From the NCBI GenBank assembly GCA_963693055.1, contig OY843751.1, forward strand, positions 2,080,001 to 2,144,000: DNA of 64,000 nucleotides, written 5' to 3'. Positions 57,479 to 64,000 of this stretch are shown one piece after another (position 1 is the first letter of the stretch; each line of letters starts with the position of its first letter). The DNA comes from a bacterium. GTDB taxonomy: Bacteria > Zhuqueibacterota > Zhuqueibacteria > Residuimicrobiales > Krinioviventaceae. Both the position numbers and the translations under genes were made by a program. The notes below the pieces were generated by a model. The model was not told the DNA's origin and ran no database searches. It worked only from the letters and a program-made list of their open reading frames with translations.

Positions 57479-58435
57479 ATGGAAAATGATACAACCGGAA
57501 CGTTATTTTTACCTCCACAAAGTTCTACGATTTCGGGCGATGTAGATGCTTTGTTTAATTTTGTGTTGTATGCTTCAATTGTATTTTTTTTACTTGTTGT
57601 TTTATTGTCCTTGTTCTTTGTGCTGCGATATAGACGTCGCGGACAACTAACATTGTCTACCGGTCCATCTCATAACACAAAGCTTGAAATTGTTTGGACT
57701 TTAATACCGCTTGTATTAGTTTTTATTGTTTTTTTCTGGGGATTTAAAACCTTTTTGAAAATGCACATTGTACCTCAAGATGCTATTGATATCAAAGTCA
57801 CTGCGCAAAAATGGTTCTGGACTTTTGATTATACCAAAGCGGGTGTAAATAGTTTGAACGAGCTAGTGGTTCCCGTAGATCAACCGGTCCAGTTGACCAT
57901 GTCGTCTACCGATGTGATTCACAGTTTTTATGTGCCCGGTTTCCGCGTTAAAATGGATGTACTGCCAAACCGATATTCGGTAACCTGGTTCCAGGCAAAC
58001 CATACCGGAGAGTTTGACTTGTTCTGTGCTGAATATTGTGGAACCTCGCATTCGGATATGATCGGCAAGGTAAGGGTTTTAAATGAACGTGAATATAATG
58101 AATGGCTCGAGCAGCAATCGATGGGTGGCGATGATATGCCCTTGCCAGAATTGGGAGCTAAGCTGTTTTCATCCAAAGCATGTATAACCTGTCATACTGT
58201 TGATGGAATCCCCAAGGTTGGTCCGAGCTTTAAAGGACGATTTGGAAGCAAACAGCCTATGGATGATGGCCAGCAAGTACTGATTGACGAAAATTTTGTT
58301 CGTGAATCAATATTGAGTCCTATGGCACATGTTGCACAAGGATTTCAACCGGTTATGCCATCTTATCAGGGATTATTAAAAGAGCGTGAAATTGACGCGC
58401 TAATAGAGTATATGAAATCATTGCAGGAAGAGTAG
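57479..58435 (+). CDS. ctaC: Cytochrome c oxidase subunit II with fused cytochrome c (caa3)
   Basis: LEIVWT; DVIHSF and CAEYCGTSHSDM CuA site; C-terminal CITCH...MPSY. Confidence 0.95.
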   Translation: MENDTTGTLFLPPQSSTISGDVDALFNFVLYASIVFFLLVVLLSLFFVLRYRRRGQLTLSTGPSHNTKLEIVWTLIPLVLVFIVFFWGFKTFLKMHIVPQDAIDIKVTAQKWFWTFDYTKAGVNSLNELVVPVDQPVQLTMSSTDVIHSFYVPGFRVKMDVLPNRYSVTWFQANHTGEFDLFCAEYCGTSHSDMIGKVRVLNEREYNEWLEQQSMGGDDMPLPELGAKLFSSKACITCHTVDGIPKVGPSFKGRFGSKQPMDDGQQVLIDENFVRESILSPMAHVAQGFQPVMPSYQGLLKEREIDALIEYMKSLQEE

Positions 58436-58438
58436 AGA

Positions 58439-60040
58439 ATGAGTGAAACATATGAAAGTTATTTAACTTATCCCAAAGGGATCAAGTCGTGGCTCTATAC
58501 ACTGGATCATAAACGAATTGGGTTAATGTATCTGTTTGCTGTCATGTTTTTCTTTTTTATAGGCGGAGTATTTGCAATTCTCATCCGTCTTGAATTGCTT
58601 ACCCCTGCTGAAACCATTGTTGATGCAGATACATATAACCAGTTTTTTACTTTGCACGGCGCTATAATGATTTTTCTTTTCATTATACCGGCAATTCCCG
58701 CTGCACTGGGAAATTTTGTATTGCCCTTGATGCTTGGCGCCAAAGATGTCGCCTTTCCTAAATTGAATCTTGCGTCATTTTATGTATATGTATTCGGTTC
58801 TCTGTTTGCAATTTATTCTATAATTACCGGAGCAGTTGATACGGGATGGACTTTTTACACACCCTACTCTACGGAATCCACAACATCCGTGATCTCGATG
58901 ACATTGGGTGTCTTTATTCTTGGATTCTCTTCAATATTTACCGGTATCAACTTTATTGTTACCGTACATAAATTACGTGCCCCGGGTATGACCTGGTTTA
59001 ATCAACCTTTGTTTATATGGGGACTGTATGCAACAGCTATTATTCAGGTTTTGGCCACCCCTGTATTAGCCATTACTTTGGTATTGCTGATCCTTGAACG
59101 GACATTGGGAATTGGTATTTTTGATCCGGCAATGGGTGGTGACCCGGTATTGTATCAGCATTTTTTCTGGTTCTACTCACATCCGGCAGTATATATTATG
59201 ATTTTGCCCGGTATGGGAATTATCAGTGAGACCATAACCGTCTTTTCACGTAAAAAGATTTTTGGCTATAAAGCCATTGCTTTTTCCAGTCTGGCAATTG
59301 CATTTGTCAGTTTTCTGGTATGGGGACATCATATGTTCACCAGCGGTCAGTCAGAGATTGCCGCAATGATCTTTTCTTTTCTCACTTTTCTTGTGGGAAT
59401 TCCTTCAGGTATTAAAACTTTTAACTGGTTGGCAACCATGTATAAAGGACAGATTTCTCTCGAAGCACCCATGATCTATACCCTGAGCTTTCTGTTTCTG
59501 TTCACAATTGGCGGTTTAACAGGGATCTTTTTAGGTGCGCTTGCTTTGGATGTGCATCTGCATGACACCTATTTTGTGGTTGCTCACTTTCACTATGTTA
59601 TGGTAGGGGGTACAGTAATGGCTTTCCTTGCCGGTCTGCATTATTGGTGGCCCAAAATCTGGGGAAGAATGTACAATGAACGATTGGCACAAATTTCTGC
59701 GTTTCTGGTTTTTATCGGTTTCAATGTAACCTTTTTTACACAGTTTATTCTGGGCACTCGGGGAATGCCGCGCCGATATTACAATTACCTCGATCAATAC
59801 CAGCCATTACATGCATTCTCCTCATTTGGTTCGTGGATTATGGCCGCTGGATTTTTGCTAATGGGATATTACATGATCCATTCATTATTCAAAGGAAAAA
59901 AGGCGGGGAAAAATCCATGGGGTGCTTTAACTCTAGAATGGACAACACCTTCACCGCCGCCTCATCACAATTTTGATGAAATTCCCAAAATTGAACACGG
60001 CCCGTATGATTATGATAAAATTCTTGTAGAAAGGGATTAG
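58439..60040 (+). CDS. ctaD: Cytochrome c oxidase subunit I, type A2
   Basis: [28 protein letters not shown] (YS motif), [24 protein letters not shown]. Confidence 0.97.
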   Translation: MSETYESYLTYPKGIKSWLYTLDHKRIGLMYLFAVMFFFFIGGVFAILIRLELLTPAETIVDADTYNQFFTLHGAIMIFLFIIPAIPAALGNFVLPLMLGAKDVAFPKLNLASFYVYVFGSLFAIYSIITGAVDTGWTFYTPYSTESTTSVISMTLGVFILGFSSIFTGINFIVTVHKLRAPGMTWFNQPLFIWGLYATAIIQVLATPVLAITLVLLILERTLGIGIFDPAMGGDPVLYQHFFWFYSHPAVYIMILPGMGIISETITVFSRKKIFGYKAIAFSSLAIAFVSFLVWGHHMFTSGQSEIAAMIFSFLTFLVGIPSGIKTFNWLATMYKGQISLEAPMIYTLSFLFLFTIGGLTGIFLGALALDVHLHDTYFVVAHFHYVMVGGTVMAFLAGLHYWWPKIWGRMYNERLAQISAFLVFIGFNVTFFTQFILGTRGMPRRYYNYLDQYQPLHAFSSFGSWIMAAGFLLMGYYMIHSLFKGKKAGKNPWGALTLEWTTPSPPPHHNFDEIPKIEHGPYDYDKILVERD

Positions 60041-60044
60041 CAAT

Positions 60045-60695
60045 ATGAGTGATCATACAGCTAACAGCCCCAATTTTCTTGCGCATCATTTTAGTACAGT
60101 TGAACAGCAAAGAGATTCTGCCAAACTGGGGATGTGGATATTCCTTTTAACAGAGATTTTGCTATTTGGTGGTTTGTTTTGTGCCTATTCTGTGTACAGG
60201 GCCTGGCACCCGGATATGTTTTATAACGCGCACAAGTTTTTAAATGTACAATTGGGAACTTTGAATACAGTTGTGCTCATTACAAGTTCATTAACCATGG
60301 CGCTATCTATTCGTTTTATTCAGGTTAATGATAAAAAGAAAGCCATTTTGTTTTTGATTTCAACTTTGGTTTTTGCAAGTGTATTTCTGATTGTCAAGTA
60401 TTTCGAATACAGTCATAAATTTCATTTGGGACAGCTTCCAGGTAAATATTATACTTTTACCGGAGTAGAAGGTAGCAATCCTCATATATTTTTCAGTATC
60501 TATTTTGTCATGACTGGTTTACATGGTATACATATCATAGCGGGTATTATTGTGCTGGTGTGGGTATTGGTAAAAATGATCAATAATAACTTTTCGGCAG
60601 AATACTATACACCTGTTGAAATGGCAGGCCTTTACTGGCATTTGGTTGATCTGGTATGGATTTATCTGTTTCCGTTATTATATTTAATTGGGTAA
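60045..60695 (+). CDS. ctaE: Cytochrome c oxidase subunit III
   Basis: GMWIFLLTEILLFGGLF, NTVVLITSS, TGLHGIH, GLYWHLVDLVW. Confidence 0.95.
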   Translation: MSDHTANSPNFLAHHFSTVEQQRDSAKLGMWIFLLTEILLFGGLFCAYSVYRAWHPDMFYNAHKFLNVQLGTLNTVVLITSSLTMALSIRFIQVNDKKKAILFLISTLVFASVFLIVKYFEYSHKFHLGQLPGKYYTFTGVEGSNPHIFFSIYFVMTGLHGIHIIAGIIVLVWVLVKMINNNFSAEYYTPVEMAGLYWHLVDLVWIYLFPLLYLIG

Positions 60696-60700
60696 AGCAT

Positions 60701-61081
60701 ATGAGTGAAAAACATAAAGAACATATTCTGCCTATAAAAGTATATCTTGGTGTGGCAGCAGCATTAATGGTTCTTACGGTTATTACAGTTGCGGTTTCAT
60801 TTGTTGATCTTGGCGGGTGGAACGCGGTTGTGGCTGTGGGAATAGCAACCTTTAAAGCTCTTTTGGTAGCTTTTTTCTTTATGCATTTGTTATACGATAA
60901 AAAAATCAATTTATTTGTTTTTTCAATATCACTGATAATGGTGGGTGTCTTTATAACGCTAACAATGTTTGATACACTTCGCCGGGCAGATTTGTATGAT
61001 ATTACCGATGGTCCTATCAACAAGAATGCCAAGATGTATGAAAATATGCCGGTCGATTCAACAGCGGGAGAACACCATTAA
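60701..61081 (+). CDS. ctaF: Cytochrome c oxidase subunit IV (caa3-type)
   Basis: L.VLT.ITV, IA.FKA.LV..FFMHL.YD. Confidence 0.88.
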   Translation: MSEKHKEHILPIKVYLGVAAALMVLTVITVAVSFVDLGGWNAVVAVGIATFKALLVAFFFMHLLYDKKINLFVFSISLIMVGVFITLTMFDTLRRADLYDITDGPINKNAKMYENMPVDSTAGEHH

Positions 61082-61107
61082 TAACGCATAAAATAGAGGG
61101 AGGTCAC

Positions 61108-62046
61108 GTGCGTGCGTTTAAAAGATTTTCATTAATATCCATCTTTTTCACCTATCTGGTTATCTTTATTGGTGGTTTAGTTCGTGTTTCTGGCGCAGGG
61201 CTAGGATGTCCTGATTGGCCCAAATGTTTTGGGAACTGGATTCCTCCTCTGCACATTAGTCAGGTTCCACCAGAGTTTAATCCTTTAACATTCAATATCA
61301 CATTGGCCTGGATTGAATATATCAATCGTTTGGTTGGTATGACTGTTGGTCTGTTGATTGCAATAACGGCTGTTTTGGCAATTATCCATTTTCGGAAAAA
61401 TAAAAGCATTCTTTACCCATCCATCGCAGCTGCGTTATTGGTTGCATATCAGGGGTGGCAGGGAAGCCAGGTGGTTGCATCCGAGTTGGCGCCCATGATC
61501 GTTACGGTTCATATGGTTGTTGCTTTTATTATAATCAGCTTGTTGATCTATGTTTACATGCAAGCGCACTTTATCTGCAATCCGGATGAGGTCAAACGAG
61601 CAAAATATCTCAATGGCATACACTGGGGGGTAGCATTGGTTTGGTTGATTTCAATTGTACAGGTGCTTTTGGGTACCCAGGTACGAGGTGCACTGGAACA
61701 GGCAAAAGAACAGTTTCCGCTTGATAAAGCAACAGAGTGGCTGGCGCAAATTGGTGGCATTGATGATTTGCATATGACGTTGGGAGGAATGGTTGCTTTT
61801 GGTGCCTGGATTTTGGGTTTTGCAATTTTAAAGTTCTCAAAAAATGCCCCCTTGCTGGTTAAACAAACTGCCTGGGCAATGATTGTTATTTTATTATTTC
61901 AGATTGTTTTGGGACTAGCCCTGGTAATGGCGGGTTTGCCTTCTCTGTTGCAATTGTTCCATTTGTGGTTAGCAAGTTTGTTGATTGGAGCACTATTGAT
62001 TTTATATACGACTATACGAAAAGGGGAGGGACAATTGAATGGATAA
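61108..62046 (+). CDS. ctaA: Heme A synthase (COX15/CtaA)
   Basis: GTG start; GGLVR..GAGLGCPDWPKC, IEYINRL, Q.W.G..VV, VH, LFHL. Confidence 0.9.
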   Translation: MRAFKRFSLISIFFTYLVIFIGGLVRVSGAGLGCPDWPKCFGNWIPPLHISQVPPEFNPLTFNITLAWIEYINRLVGMTVGLLIAITAVLAIIHFRKNKSILYPSIAAALLVAYQGWQGSQVVASELAPMIVTVHMVVAFIIISLLIYVYMQAHFICNPDEVKRAKYLNGIHWGVALVWLISIVQVLLGTQVRGALEQAKEQFPLDKATEWLAQIGGIDDLHMTLGGMVAFGAWILGFAILKFSKNAPLLVKQTAWAMIVILLFQIVLGLALVMAGLPSLLQLFHLWLASLLIGALLILYTTIRKGEGQLNG

Positions 62047-62641
62047 TAGCAGCACACCCAAAGTGTTAATTTATGGCTTAATTTTACTCATGTTACTCGT
62101 CTTTATTGCTGCCTTTGCAATTGATAAAGCTAATAAATCAAGAGAAGAATTACCTGTACTTGGCAAGGTCACGGATTTTGGTTTTAAAACCAGTATGGGT
62201 GATTCTTTACATTCTTCACAGATTGCTGGACGTTTGTATTTATTGGATTTTATTTTTACCAATTGTAAAAATGCGTGTCCTGTCATGTCTTCCAAAATGG
62301 CCGAGTTGTACAAGTATTACGAACACACAGATAAAGTTGGTTTTATCTCTATAACTGTAGACCCGCATCGAGATACTCCCCAGGTTTTGCAGGATTATGG
62401 AAAATCACACGGAGTAACTGACGACAGGTGGACGTTTTTGCGAGGTCCCATTGATGAGGTTATACGGGTTTCTGAAAAAGTATTTATGCTTCCTGCCGAC
62501 AATCTACCCATGGGCCACAGTACAAAATTTGTATTGATAGATGAAAATGGTAATATTCGCGCGTATTATGATGCAATGACAGAAGGAATCTTGCCACTTG
62601 TTAAAACCCAGGTGAATGCACTGGGGAGGAAGCTGCCATGA
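62039..62641 (+). CDS. Second SCO1/SenC family protein
   Basis: FIFTNCKNACP, SITVDP.RDTP..L, HSTKFVLID..G.IR.YY. Confidence 0.92.
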   Translation: MDNSSTPKVLIYGLILLMLLVFIAAFAIDKANKSREELPVLGKVTDFGFKTSMGDSLHSSQIAGRLYLLDFIFTNCKNACPVMSSKMAELYKYYEHTDKVGFISITVDPHRDTPQVLQDYGKSHGVTDDRWTFLRGPIDEVIRVSEKVFMLPADNLPMGHSTKFVLIDENGNIRAYYDAMTEGILPLVKTQVNALGRKLP

Positions 62642-63051
62642 CAATCAAGGATCTGCCAACACTTAATGCTTTGTTGAATTCGATTAGTGCAGTTTTTTTG
62701 TTATTTGGTTTTATAAATATTAAAAAAGGTCGTGCCGATGTACATAAAAAGTTTATGGTAGCGGCTTTGGTTACATCTGCTCTGTTTTTGACCTCTTATT
62801 TGATTTATCATGCACAGGTGGGTTCTAATCCTTATCCGCATTACGACTGGACACGTACTCTTTATTTTATTATTCTGGTGCCACATATTCTATTGGCTGC
62901 CATTATGACGCCATTCATTCTGTTTCTGGTGTTTTTTGCCTTTCGCCAAAAATTTGAAAAACATAAAAAACTGGCCAGGTGGATCTGGCCAGTTTGGATG
63001 TATGTATCTGTTAGTGGAGTGGTTGTTTATTTTATGTTATATGTTCTCTGA
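62638..63051 (+). CDS. DUF420 (CtaM-like) oxidase assembly membrane protein
   Basis: LP.LNA.LN, HKKFM, FL.SYL.YH, HI.LA, HKK.ARW..P.W.YVS.SGV.VY. Confidence 0.9.
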   Translation: MTIKDLPTLNALLNSISAVFLLFGFINIKKGRADVHKKFMVAALVTSALFLTSYLIYHAQVGSNPYPHYDWTRTLYFIILVPHILLAAIMTPFILFLVFFAFRQKFEKHKKLARWIWPVWMYVSVSGVVVYFMLYVL

Positions 63052-63128
63052 TCTGCAAGGCATTTGTTTTAGGATTATTAAGGTTTTAAAATTTGTTGTT
63101 GTGTTTAGATAACAGCAAGGTGAATTCC

Positions 63129-64000
63129 ATGAAAATCAATGTAATTCGAAAAAATGATCATGTGTGGTTAGATATTGATGACCTGTATCCTCAAAAACCT
63201 CATCAGCCCAATACTGTTTTTAAAGCTTTTGCAATTACTTTAAAAACTCTGGGATCAACTCTTGATTACAGTACGCTGATGGCTGTTTCCGGAGCTGCAT
63301 TCCGATTTCAATTACATCCACAATGGTGCCCCAGTTCTCCTCATCCTGATTGTGGTTTCAACTGTACTCAAACTGTGTTAAAACAATTAGGACTTGAAGA
63401 GACAATACAGAATTTTAATTTAGAAAAAGCACAGAAAAACGATCTTGAGCAGGTTGTTTTCAAAAATATTGACGCGGGTAAACCGGTTGTTGCCAGCAGC
63501 TTTGAAGCTGGGTTGATTGTTGGGTATATTCAAAATCAAAATGATACAGCAGTTTTATTACGCGAACCTTATAGCAGCAAGGGAGGAGACGCTGATATAG
63601 TATCAACCCGCTTGCTTATGAAAATCCCTGGTTTATTAACTGTTTTTGATAAAATACCCCAATATAATCAGGATGAATTGTTTATTTCAACCTTGAAGCG
63701 GGCTGTTGAAATTGCTTATCATGAAAAAATTGACGAGTATTTTTGCGGCTTTGAAGCATTTGATAACTGGATCTCTGATCTGTTGAATGATAAAAAGATT
63801 AATGAATTAGTAAATGAATATGGTATTGCAGACTTGTGTAATGCGAATGCACATATTTATCATTCTCTGGTCGACGCACGTAAAAGTGCGGCAGAATATT
63901 TTAAAGATTTTTTAAATGATACCGGAACTAATAAACAGATCCATATCATGAATGCAGTTGCTTTATATGAAGAGATTGTCAAAATTTTGCGGAATGCTTT
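63129..64000 (+). CDS. Partial uncharacterised protein resembling BtrH-N/DUF4872-type proteins (runs off the window; not in ORF track)
   Basis: Open frame from ATG 63129 to the window end: DYSTLMAVSGAAFRF, IDAGKPVV, LIVGY, G.EAFDNW..DL, DARKSAAEY. Confidence 0.55.
   Translation, partial: MKINVIRKNDHVWLDIDDLYPQKPHQPNTVFKAFAITLKTLGSTLDYSTLMAVSGAAFRFQLHPQWCPSSPHPDCGFNCTQTVLKQLGLEETIQNFNLEKAQKNDLEQVVFKNIDAGKPVVASSFEAGLIVGYIQNQNDTAVLLREPYSSKGGDADIVSTRLLMKIPGLLTVFDKIPQYNQDELFISTLKRAVEIAYHEKIDEYFCGFEAFDNWISDLLNDKKINELVNEYGIADLCNANAHIYHSLVDARKSAAEYFKDFLNDTGTNKQIHIMNAVALYEEIVKILRNA

Noticed and set aside
1-64000. CRISPR arrays, tRNA/rRNA genes, IS elements, prophage or defence genes
   Set aside because: No regularly spaced repeats, cloverleaf or rRNA-like segments, and no transposase, integrase or nuclease motifs seen

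Overview
AT-rich bacterial chromosomal segment. The FlgD-Ig-type C-terminal tail, FISUMP protein, CarboxypepD-type TonB receptors and ACIII-caa3 cluster suggest an FCB-related lineage such as KSB1 or Calditrichota (inference only). In order the window holds: (1) a secreted FGE-sulfatase/Ig/PKD/2xFISUMP mosaic protein; (2) a folate-dependent histidine utilisation operon (hutU-ftcd-hutI-hutH) flanked by three exported phosphoester hydrolases; (3) an array of secreted CAZymes (GH16, GH3, GH32, GH92 and an unknown alpha/alpha-toroid); (4) a metal-uptake locus made of a small His/Cys leader peptide ending in the ribosome-arrest motif RAPP, a structured spacer, two AztD-like beta-propeller lipoproteins and a His-rich TonB-dependent receptor, which is the most interesting system in the window; (5) a DoxX-oxidoreductase fusion with a six-hairpin glycosidase; (6) a hemerythrin-LuxR-CxxC TonB receptor module; (7) a CE15-like esterase and a CapK/PaaK-like ligase; (8) a complete hypABFCDE operon without hydrogenase structural genes; (9) an approximately 15-kb alternative complex III plus A2-type caa3 oxidase supercluster with its assembly factors. 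I saw no rRNA, tRNA, CRISPR array, transposase or reverse transcriptase. All calls come from motif recognition by eye; no database searches were run.
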